DNA of 64,000 bases, taken from a virus. Taxonomy: Duplodnaviria > Caudoviricetes. The notes under the pieces were generated by a model. It was not told the origin of the DNA, did no database searches, and worked only from the letters and a program-made list of their open reading frames with translations. The position numbers and the translations under genes were made by a program. How positions within the stretch are numbered: the stretch's first letter is position 1; each line of letters starts with the position of its first letter. The stretch covers positions 96,001 through 160,000 of IMG/VR virus record IMGVR_UViG_3300032295_003763. One strand, 5' to 3'. Shown here piece by piece: positions 56,258 to 64,000 of this stretch.

Positions 56258-59200
56258 TTAAACAAATTGGAATGCAGAAGCATTTGCTCCACCAGTTTTG
56301 GTGACTGTGATTCTAGAAATTGCAATTTGAATACCTCTTGCAGGCTCAACAGCAATATCTATAATCGCCTTGTTTTGATCAATAATTTCAGGTGGATTGT
56401 TTGTTTCATCCATTTGTGTGAAGAAGTTGTAAATACCACCAGCAGATCTTACACCATCTAAGAATGTATCCACAATCGATTTGATTTCCAAACGAGTTGT
56501 AGCATCGTTAAATTCAAAGATGTATCTTGCTAAAATATCTTCAACACCTTCTTCAATTGTGATGAGCAAGTCTCTAACATGAACATTGTTCAAAGCAGAA
56601 GGAACTTTCTGATATGCTGTTTGATTTCCATAAATCATAGTTCCTATTCTCGCTCTCTTAACAATTGGGTTTAAACCAAATGGTTCGAGTGACTCGCGAT
56701 CTCCGTCTGACAAATCTATTTCAGGACCTACCAATCTACTATCGGACAAGATACCTCTTCTAGGACCTGCAACGATTGAATATGGGAAACCATTAATAAA
56801 TTTGAGAACAAAATTATTAGAAACATGTGCAGCAGGAGGAACTGTTAAATTCTTAGTTCCATCTCTCAATATCAAGTATGGGAAGAAGAATGCTGCATGT
56901 TTCGCTCCATTCAATTCATCAGGTAATGAATATGAGAAGCTTGGTCCAAGAGTCTGATTACCACCTGTTGCAATATATGATGTATTCAAAAGTGGTCTTG
57001 GGTTTCCACCTACTGGATCTGGTTCATCTGTAAATCTAGGATCTGTAGATGCCTCAAATTGTTTAGCAGAAGGAGGATTCAAGATAGCCAAACACTTAAG
57101 TCTTTCCTTTGCTAATTTAGCAAGGATATTCTTAGGATAGTTGTTTGGTTGTAAACCACCATCAAAAGTATCAATAATATAACGGAATTGAATTACATCT
57201 CTACTTGTAAGAGCTTCGAATAAGTTAGTATTCTCAAGAACTTCATAAATTTTCTCCATTTGAGATTGTTTATTTGTTCTATCTCCAGGTAAGTGATATG
57301 ATGTAAGTTTGAATCCGCTTAATCCAGAGAATTCATATGTACTTACGAAATCATCAATATTCTTATATCTAGTAACTGTTTTATCACCAGCACCAAATTC
57401 ATTATTTATAAGAATAGGTTGATTTACTGTATAACGGAATCTGAAAAGAGATGTCAATTCATCAAAGATCTTTCTCTTTCTGATGATTTTTGTAAGTCTA
57501 TAAACATCTGCACCTTCGTCATCTGTAGTATATGATACTAAATATTGGCCTACTTCCAATCCTACTGCGTCTTCTACATTAATATCTACTTCAGATTTTG
57601 TACCGTTCCATGATTGAACTACAAAAGTTGCGGAGAAAGAATCCGCTAAAGGATAAATATAGAAATCACCACCAGTATTCACAGAACCTGCTTTTTCATA
57701 ATTCAATATATCAATGAAAGGTCCTATTTGAGTATATGTTCCAGTTACCGCACCTTGTAAGTTAAGTGCTACAGCAGGTTCACCAGAGTTATTTGTTGTA
57801 ATAACCGTCGATCCATCAAATACATCTGTGATTTCAACTGTTGCATCCGCTGTAATATCCCCGCCTGTTCCATCAGCTGTATAGTATCCAATAACTTGGA
57901 ATATTTCATTACCAGTACTTGTAGATGCACCCATATAATCAAGTTCAGCTACAAAGCTACCTGTAGCTAAATTAGTACCATTACCAGGTGCACTCAAAGC
58001 CCAGTATGTTGTACCAACAACATATGCAGCATCAGGCTGACCTGTAAGTGCAGCATTTACTTCAATGTATGTAGTAGATTCTGTTACAACTGTACTTAAA
58101 GTACTATCTTCATATGCTCTAATTTCTAAAACAGGAACACCATCAGTATCTGTGGTTTTAATGTATTTTAAGAAATAAAAGTCTGTAGGGCTATAATAAT
58201 ACTTATCACCATCTACTAAGAATCCTGAATCATAATCTTTATAAACTTGTGAATACTGATAACAGACAAATCTATTTACAGTACCACTTGTGTTAAAAGT
58301 AATCAAATCTGGTGTATAAGCGATAGTTATTTGATCTCCTGATAAATCTGGAAATTCTTGAGCACCAAAAGTAGATGTGTAATAACTAGGATTCAAAGAC
58401 ATATCCTGTAAAGAAATTATGTTATTTACAGGAACAATAGTATTTGTTGATCCATTAAGAATAGGAGCATCATTCACATCAACATAGAATGTTGTTGTAT
58501 CTACTTTATTCTTAATTAATACTTCATCACCATCATCTATAGATGCTGTGTGATCTCCACTCAAAGTTACAGATGACAAGAATGTAACAACTACACTTGC
58601 ACTTGTAGTCGCATTAGCTGACATTGTTACAACACCACTTGTAATATCTGTGATATAAGTACCAGAAGGAATACCTACACCTGAAAGTGGTTGATTTACA
58701 CGGAGTTGCGTAGTTGAAGTAGGTGTGAATGTATCATCACCTGATGTCAACGCTACTGTTTGTGTAGTTGTAAATGAAGCACCTAATACATTTACAGGTG
58801 TCATTGTCAATTCACCTGATTTATTTGGATGTGAGAATGTAATCTTCAGTACTGTATTGCCATTTGAATCTAAAGTTTCTTGCTTAGATTCAACTTTTGC
58901 CCAGTTTCCACTATCCATTTCTATTAATGAACCACCAACTGTCAAATTGCTTACGATAAACTGATATTCAGCATATTTTGCTACTGATGTAGATAAAGGA
59001 CGCTTAAGAACTAATACATTCTTAAATGCACCCAAAATACCTTTACCTTTATATGATTCAGTATAGAAATCACCAGAAGTTTCTGCATCATATACAGTTG
59101 TATCGAAAGAACCTGTTTTTTCTGTGAATTGGAATTCTTCCTTTACATTTGTCTTATATGATAACATATCTAAATAGTCTACAGTATATGCAGGGTCAGC

Positions 59201-60163
59201 CAAGTGGTGACCAACTACATCATATCTTGAAGTAGAAGTTTCATAATCAGCTAAAGCTTCTTTATTGAATGCTAAAAATACTCCAGTTGTAGCTACGCTA
59301 TTATTAACAATCGTATCAAGAGAATGGTTAACACCATTACCGTCAACAAAATCAGGTATCAAACATCCTGTAAATCTTGCAACTGTATTAATTTCTTCAG
59401 AAGACAAGAATGCATTCAATTGTGATTTAAGAATACCTCTATCACTGAAATACTTTGAGAATACAGGATCAGTTGCAAGTTTCTTATAGTTTGTCCAATT
59501 ACCTTGAACTATAATAACTTCAACAAAATAATCTGCTATATAATCGAATTCTTCAATGTATGCTGGTTTCTCTTCTCCTGATTGACCGTACCAATCACGA
59601 GCTGTGATATCAAAGCCATTTACTGCTGTTTTCTTTATGATAACAGATAAAGGACCTTGACTCAAATTCACAACATGCAACAATTTACCCGTATTAAGAG
59701 CATTTGCATTTGCAATTGCAATCATATTACTTTCATCTGGGAACCAGAATCTTTGGGTATTATAAAAGTTTGAATAAAGAGCTTTAGTTACAATACCGTT
59801 TGATTCAGCGGTATCAACCGAGAATGATCTATACTCAACCGCATCTCCGCCTTGAGTAATAGGTTGATTATTAAGTGGTAACAAATTGAGACCAAATACT
59901 GGTCCAATTTCCAAACATGTAAATAATGATCTATGGAAGAAACTACCTCTTGATTCCAAGAAGGGATCTATTTCTCCAAATATTCGTCTCGCAGTCTTCA
60001 CATCTGGAAGGTATACTGGGGAGTTGAAAGGTCCTTTTCTTGAGAAACCTACAACAAGACGAACAGTCTGAGTATTCAATATAATACTTTCTGAAGCGTC
60101 AAATTCTAATGTGTATACACCAGATGCTTTGAACTGGGTCAAATCCAGTTTAATCTTAGCCAT
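56258..60163 (-). CDS. gp18: Tail sheath protein (T4 gp18-like), enlarged to ~1300 aa
   Basis: SGVYTLEFD.S, VVGFSRKGPFN.P; C-terminal VPPAAHV, AGPRRG, LNPIV, YGNQT, NVHVRDLL, FEFNDATTR, DETNNPPEIID. ATG 60163 preferred over TTG 60190. Confidence 0.92.
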   Translation of the reverse strand: MAKIKLDLTQFKASGVYTLEFDASESIILNTQTVRLVVGFSRKGPFNSPVYLPDVKTARRIFGEIDPFLESRGSFFHRSLFTCLEIGPVFGLNLLPLNNQPITQGGDAVEYRSFSVDTAESNGIVTKALYSNFYNTQRFWFPDESNMIAIANANALNTGKLLHVVNLSQGPLSVIIKKTAVNGFDITARDWYGQSGEEKPAYIEEFDYIADYFVEVIIVQGNWTNYKKLATDPVFSKYFSDRGILKSQLNAFLSSEEINTVARFTGCLIPDFVDGNGVNHSLDTIVNNSVATTGVFLAFNKEALADYETSTSRYDVVGHHLADPAYTVDYLDMLSYKTNVKEEFQFTEKTGSFDTTVYDAETSGDFYTESYKGKGILGAFKNVLVLKRPLSTSVAKYAEYQFIVSNLTVGGSLIEMDSGNWAKVESKQETLDSNGNTVLKITFSHPNKSGELTMTPVNVLGASFTTTQTVALTSGDDTFTPTSTTQLRVNQPLSGVGIPSGTYITDITSGVVTMSANATTSASVVVTFLSSVTLSGDHTASIDDGDEVLIKNKVDTTTFYVDVNDAPILNGSTNTIVPVNNIISLQDMSLNPSYYTSTFGAQEFPDLSGDQITIAYTPDLITFNTSGTVNRFVCYQYSQVYKDYDSGFLVDGDKYYYSPTDFYFLKYIKTTDTDGVPVLEIRAYEDSTLSTVVTESTTYIEVNAALTGQPDAAYVVGTTYWALSAPGNGTNLATGSFVAELDYMGASTSTGNEIFQVIGYYTADGTGGDITADATVEITDVFDGSTVITTNNSGEPAVALNLQGAVTGTYTQIGPFIDILNYEKAGSVNTGGDFYIYPLADSFSATFVVQSWNGTKSEVDINVEDAVGLEVGQYLVSYTTDDEGADVYRLTKIIRKRKIFDELTSLFRFRYTVNQPILINNEFGAGDKTVTRYKNIDDFVSTYEFSGLSGFKLTSYHLPGDRTNKQSQMEKIYEVLENTNLFEALTSRDVIQFRYIIDTFDGGLQPNNYPKNILAKLAKERLKCLAILNPPSAKQFEASTDPRFTDEPDPVGGNPRPLLNTSYIATGGNQTLGPSFSYSLPDELNGAKHAAFFFPYLILRDGTKNLTVPPAAHVSNNFVLKFINGFPYSIVAGPRRGILSDSRLVGPEIDLSDGDRESLEPFGLNPIVKRARIGTMIYGNQTAYQKVPSALNNVHVRDLLITIEEGVEDILARYIFEFNDATTRLEIKSIVDTFLDGVRSAGGIYNFFTQMDETNNPPEIIDQNKAIIDIAVEPARGIQIAISRITVTKTGGANASAFQFV

Positions 60164-60211
60164 AATTAAGAAGCATAATTTTTCCTCCAATAGAGGTCGT
60201 TTTCTATTTTC

Positions 60212-60219
60212 TATATATC
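60212..60219 (-). promoter_or_regulatory. GATATATA putative late promoter (tail sheath)
   Basis: 48 nt upstream of 60163. Confidence 0.7.
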
Positions 60220-60301
60220 AAATTAAATTTTGAAATTTAGTAAAAAACATGAAAAATCAAATAATAAATATAATTATATTCTTGAATAAGAGTAGTAAAA
60301 T

Positions 60302-60330
60302 AAAAAAACCCAACTCGAAAAGAGTAGGGT
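60302..60330 (-). terminator. Terminator-like hairpin
   Basis: ACCCAACTC/GAGTAGGGT imperfect stem plus U-tract. Confidence 0.55.
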
Positions 60331-60358
60331 ATTTTTATTTCTAAGTCTAAAAATTAGT

Positions 60359-60688
60359 TTATTTATTTTTAGAAAAGTAGAATTTTAAAATGTTTAATAA
60401 GGACGGTCTTTTAAATTCTGAACGATAGATTTCTTTAGCAAATGCCTCCTTTACAGCCATTCTATCGAAATCTTTAATTTCTTTCAAAGAGTCTTCATAT
60501 AATCTTTCAATATATGATTCATTCTTAAAAATGATACTAGACGAAGATTGCTTTCTATTATCTAGGATTCTAGATCTATTTTTAGAATTTGATTTCAGAA
60601 ATATGATGGTGTTTTCTACACCATTTTCATCTAAAACCTTGATAGCATCATCTTCGACAATAACTGAAACATCATTATGATATTCCAT
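60359..60688 (-). CDS. Hypothetical protein
   Basis: 109-aa ORF with a host-type promoter. Confidence 0.6.
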   Translation of the reverse strand: MEYHNDVSVIVEDDAIKVLDENGVENTIIFLKSNSKNRSRILDNRKQSSSSIIFKNESYIERLYEDSLKEIKDFDRMAVKEAFAKEIYRSEFKRPSLLNILKFYFSKNK

Positions 60689-60728
60689 ATTTTCCTCTTT
60701 TATTATTTAGAAATAATATATTCAATTA

Positions 60729-60759
60729 CAAATATAGTATAAAGAATAATAAAAACAAA
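60729..60759 (-). promoter_or_regulatory. Bacteroidota-type promoter TTTG-N19-TATATTTG
   Basis: Exact -33/-7 consensus. Confidence 0.7.
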
Positions 60760-60760
60760 A

Positions 60761-61564
60761 TTATATTTTCAATTTCAATAAAGATAATAAAAGCTCTTCG
60801 GTTGATGCCTTTGGTATGTCTAATGGATTACAACCATGTTTCATAGAAAAATAAATATCAGCACCCCTTAGCCTCTCTTCATATTTTTCATCCTTTTGTA
60901 TAGTAGTATTTCTAAATTCAGATCCATCTCCAATATATTGATGCGCATTTGCAATATCTGCAAAATACCAAAAAGGTGGATGTAATTCTTCTTTAATTAT
61001 TCTATACGTAAAATCTACATGCTCATGTATATTATAAAATCTTTCGTCCAAATAACCTACTCTTTCTATACACTCTCGATGCATATACATTAAAGGACCT
61101 GAACACCAATGATAAAAACAAATTTGAATATCATTATAATCAACACAATATACTGGAGTAGGGTGGTTGATTGTCCCATCACTATGTCTATTAGCATTAC
61201 CATAACCCTGTAATGCATAATTGAAATGTTTTATACCAGATATCTCAGATGCTTCAATATATTTTTGAAAAATAGAGGTATCCTTAATAACTATATCATC
61301 TTCTAGTATAAATATATGCTCACAACCTTGACCCATCAAATATCGTATAGCCGAGTTTTTAGCTATGGCTACACCTTTATTTATAGAGTGTTGTATAACA
61401 TCATATCTATTTTGATAAATAGAATGATCATACGGTGTTCCATCATTTACTATAACAACATTCTCAATGAAATCTGGAAGTGTATTAAGTAATGATTGTA
61501 GTCTAGTTGGAGAATTATATGTTGTAATCCCAATACCTATTTTTTTATAATCTATTTGTTCCAT
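60761..61564 (-). CDS. Glycosyltransferase family 2 (paralogue of 3367..4293)
   Basis: GITTYN, IVNDG, GVA.AKN, IFILEDD, SGIKHFNYAL, VGYLDERF..EHVD. Confidence 0.85.
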   Translation of the reverse strand: MEQIDYKKIGIGITTYNSPTRLQSLLNTLPDFIENVVIVNDGTPYDHSIYQNRYDVIQHSINKGVAIAKNSAIRYLMGQGCEHIFILEDDIVIKDTSIFQKYIEASEISGIKHFNYALQGYGNANRHSDGTINHPTPVYCVDYNDIQICFYHWCSGPLMYMHRECIERVGYLDERFYNIHEHVDFTYRIIKEELHPPFWYFADIANAHQYIGDGSEFRNTTIQKDEKYEERLRGADIYFSMKHGCNPLDIPKASTEELLLSLLKLKI

Positions 61565-62048
61565 AATATTCTGGGTCTATTATTGCTAAACCTTTTTCTT
61601 GTAAATTATAAATATCAAAGTGTTTAGATGTTAAATAATAATATGCTTTTCCAATATTTGACAATAAATTATCACAATGGATTATATCAAAATTGTGGTA
61701 TATCTGAACTTTAAGATCTATACTTTCCTCAGTAACTTCATAAAAATGAGGTAAAAAATTATAGTTAGGCTTATAATTCCCATAACCAATTCTATCTGTT
61801 ACTAAATCGGTTATTGTGTAAAGATCCATTAAAGTCAAATGAACAAATCCTTTCATTATCGGAATAACATCGCTATAATTATAATAGGATTCTTCGTTTT
61901 TATCATTTATCGTAAGAATATTATTTTCTAGTACATTTAAAACCTTAGATATACCTGATTTTGTTATTACAAAGGTACCAGGCGTTATTGCAGTTTTAAG
62001 AAGATCTACGTCATCCCTTTTAACATGAGTTATCATATCAATCCTCAC
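61545..62048 (-). CDS. Hypothetical phage protein
   Basis: 167 aa; ends HFDIYNL.EKGLAI. Confidence 0.65.
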   Translation of the reverse strand: MRIDMITHVKRDDVDLLKTAITPGTFVITKSGISKVLNVLENNILTINDKNEESYYNYSDVIPIMKGFVHLTLMDLYTITDLVTDRIGYGNYKPNYNFLPHFYEVTEESIDLKVQIYHNFDIIHCDNLLSNIGKAYYYLTSKHFDIYNLQEKGLAIIDPEYYGTNRL

Positions 62049-63042
62049 ATATTCTCTTTAAAGATTCTAATTGGTCTGGTGTTAAATCTTGTTTCGGTAT
62101 GTGTAGTTTAACTCTTATGTATGTTTTACCACCAACAAAAGGACCTTCACACAAACGTATTAGAGTATCTGTATCAAACCATTTTTCTATATAATAAGTA
62201 TATTTATAATCTTTATCATTAAACATACTTATATTTTTTGATGAACCTGTGACTAAATCAATATATCGTACTTCATCAGTAATAACAATGTCATTACCCA
62301 CTCTTTCATGATTATCTTCAGGTTGTTCAATTACCTTTATTATAACATCACCCCTATGTCCTCTTTGATTTGGAGATTCATGACCTCCATGTCGTATCCT
62401 TAACGCTGTAGTTTTATCTATACCCTTTGGTATATCAACGATAATTGTAAAGTCCTCTAATAAAAATCCATCTTTACATCCTGGAGGACATGTTTCTTTT
62501 CTTCTTTTAATTGAACCCGCACCTTTACAAGTATTACAAGGCTGTCGCTGTTCTACTCTAAAATAGCCATTACCCCTAACTTCAACAACAACTCCGCTCC
62601 CACCACAATTATTACATCTTACATGTGTATCTGCACAACTACTACACCAAGTTTTTCTTTTATACTTAACAGTTTTCTTAGCACCAAAAGCAGCATCCTT
62701 TATACTGCAATAACAATCAACTTCTAACGGTGGTATAGCTACTTCCCTTCTTTCAAATACTTCTTCAGTAAAACTAAATCCAGAAAAGAAACCATCCGTT
62801 GATGAAAACATATCACTCCAATTACCAGAAAAACTATTACCTGAACTTTGGAAATCATATTGTTTTCTTTTAGTAGCATCAGATAATACTTGATATGCTT
62901 CATTGATTTCTTTAAATCTTTCTGCACCTTCTGGATTTTTATCTGGATGATATTTCAAAGATAATGTTCTGAATGCTCTCTTAATTTCGTCTTGAGTTGC
63001 ACCTGAATTCAATTCTAGTATTTCGTAATAATTCTTTTTCAT
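62038..63042 (-). CDS. dnaJ: DnaJ co-chaperone
   Basis: J-domain with YHPDKN, G/F-rich linker, CxxCxGxG zinc fingers, C-terminal domain. Confidence 0.93.
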   Translation of the reverse strand: MKKNYYEILELNSGATQDEIKRAFRTLSLKYHPDKNPEGAERFKEINEAYQVLSDATKRKQYDFQSSGNSFSGNWSDMFSSTDGFFSGFSFTEEVFERREVAIPPLEVDCYCSIKDAAFGAKKTVKYKRKTWCSSCADTHVRCNNCGGSGVVVEVRGNGYFRVEQRQPCNTCKGAGSIKRRKETCPPGCKDGFLLEDFTIIVDIPKGIDKTTALRIRHGGHESPNQRGHRGDVIIKVIEQPEDNHERVGNDIVITDEVRYIDLVTGSSKNISMFNDKDYKYTYYIEKWFDTDTLIRLCEGPFVGGKTYIRVKLHIPKQDLTPDQLESLKRICED

Positions 63043-63087
63043 TTAAGAAGCTCTTTGTGGATTTTATATTATATCTTAAAATATAAT

Positions 63088-63118
63088 TTTGTTTTTATTA
63101 TTTTTTTTCTTATCTTTG
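63088..63118 (+). promoter_or_regulatory. Bacteroidota-type promoter TTTG-N19-TATCTTTG, 4 nt before the ATG
   Basis: Exact consensus. Confidence 0.75.
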
Positions 63119-63122
63119 TTCT

Positions 63123-63833
63123 ATGAAAATAAAAAATACATTTTTAGAATTAGTAGGAACTACTGTTCCTCATGGATATGAATCTTTGATCTATCCTTTA
63201 TTACCTAAGCACGATTTAGATCCCTTCGGTAATGCTTACATACATATAGGTGATACCAAACCTAAAGTAATGTTTACTGCACACTTAGATACCTTTAGTA
63301 AAGGAGATCCTGAAAAAATCAATCATAAAATTTCAGGCAATATAATAAAAACTAATGGTAAAACAATACTAGGAGCAGATGATAAAGCAGGCGTTGCACT
63401 ATTAATTTCTATGATTGAAGCTCAAGTACCTGGCCTTTATTATTTTTTCACTGCTGAAGAAGTAGGTAGATACGGTTCAAGATTTGCCGCTGAATCTCAT
63501 GAATTTAATAGTTTAGGATCAAAGATAAAAAATGTAATTAGTTTTGATCGTAAAGGATATAATTCAATTATAACGCACCAGTCGAATATCAGAACTTGTG
63601 ATGATAAATTTGCAATGAAATTATCATCAGATTTTAAAAATTATGGAATTAACCTAGAATTAGATTCAAATGGAAGCTATACAGATTCCTTTAGTTTTTT
63701 AGATAAAAAGAATATTAAAAACTGTACAAATATCTCAGTAGGTTATTTTAACCCTCATAGTAATAAAGAAACTCAAGATATTGAGTTTTTACAAAAGCTT
63801 TCAGACGCTTGTATATCTATGAATTGGGATTAA
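63123..63833 (+). CDS. M28/M20-family zinc peptidase
   Basis: FTAHLDT, LGADDKAG, AEEVG, FDRKG, G.YTD, N.SVGY..H. Confidence 0.85.
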   Translation: MKIKNTFLELVGTTVPHGYESLIYPLLPKHDLDPFGNAYIHIGDTKPKVMFTAHLDTFSKGDPEKINHKISGNIIKTNGKTILGADDKAGVALLISMIEAQVPGLYYFFTAEEVGRYGSRFAAESHEFNSLGSKIKNVISFDRKGYNSIITHQSNIRTCDDKFAMKLSSDFKNYGINLELDSNGSYTDSFSFLDKKNIKNCTNISVGYFNPHSNKETQDIEFLQKLSDACISMNWD

Positions 63834-63835
63834 AC

Positions 63836-63863
63836 AAAAAAACCCATCGAATCCGATGGGTTT
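63836..63863. terminator. Terminator between convergent genes
   Basis: AAACCCATCG/CGATGGGTTT stem. Confidence 0.75.
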
Positions 63864-63881
63864 AGATTGTTTAATTAAGAA

Positions 63882-64000
63882 TTAATATAGGCCACTTCTC
63901 ATTTTACCAGCACCCATGCCCTTTTCACTATAAGATTCTTTTTCATAATCAGGAGTTTCCAAAGATTCTTCAAATTGAGAAACCAATTCTTCAAGTTTAA
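63882..64000 (-). CDS. 3' end of a hypothetical gene running in from beyond the window
   Basis: Open frame ...KLEELVSQFEESLETPDYEKESYSEKGMGAGKMRSGLY* ends just before the terminator. Confidence 0.5.
   Translation of the reverse strand, partial: KLEELVSQFEESLETPDYEKESYSEKGMGAGKMRSGLY

Noticed and set aside
1-64000. Stop-codon reassignment as seen in some jumbo or crAss-like phages
   Set aside because: Core genes are intact in the standard code, and TAA, TAG and TGA all terminate genes at sensible positions
1-64000. tRNA or other structured RNA genes
   Set aside because: Intergenic gaps are under 180 nt, AT-rich and explained by promoters and terminators; no cloverleaf recognised, though a covariance search was not run

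Overview
AT-rich (roughly 30% GC by eye), gene-dense segment of a large T4-like (jumbo) myovirus, standard genetic code, most genes on the minus strand. Core T4-type genes: tail sheath (gp18), tail tube (gp19), gp15-like terminator, gp26/gp51-like hub pair, gp46/gp47 nuclease, gp39/gp52-type topoisomerase II, gp55-like late sigma factor, RuvC-like resolvase and an SF1 helicase. Host-like auxiliary genes: IF-3, RimK-ligase/RimB-protease fusion, Hsp20, DnaJ, thioredoxin, Dps/ferritin-like protein and an M28/M20 peptidase. A ~20 kb appendage locus (29.3-50 kb) holds two giant (Gly-X-Gln)n collagen-like fibres, a LamG+NIDO-like protein, a 21-blade RCC1 protein, a fibre chaperone, a TPR-glycosyltransferase and a methyltransferase. 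Six glycosyltransferases and two methyltransferases are spread over the window. Two promoter classes can be read directly from the DNA. A GATATATA motif lies 19-66 nt upstream of 15 mostly structural genes (putative late promoter). TTTG-N19-TAnnTTTG boxes lie upstream of non-structural genes, which points to a Bacteroidota host. Best leads: (i) a T4-style capsid-targeting peptide on the RimK/RimB fusion, suggesting an injected glutamylation writer-eraser; (ii) a glycosylated, proline-poor collagen fibre system; (iii) a possible +1 frameshift joining the gp26- and gp51-like ORFs. All family calls come from motif recognition only; no database searches were run.
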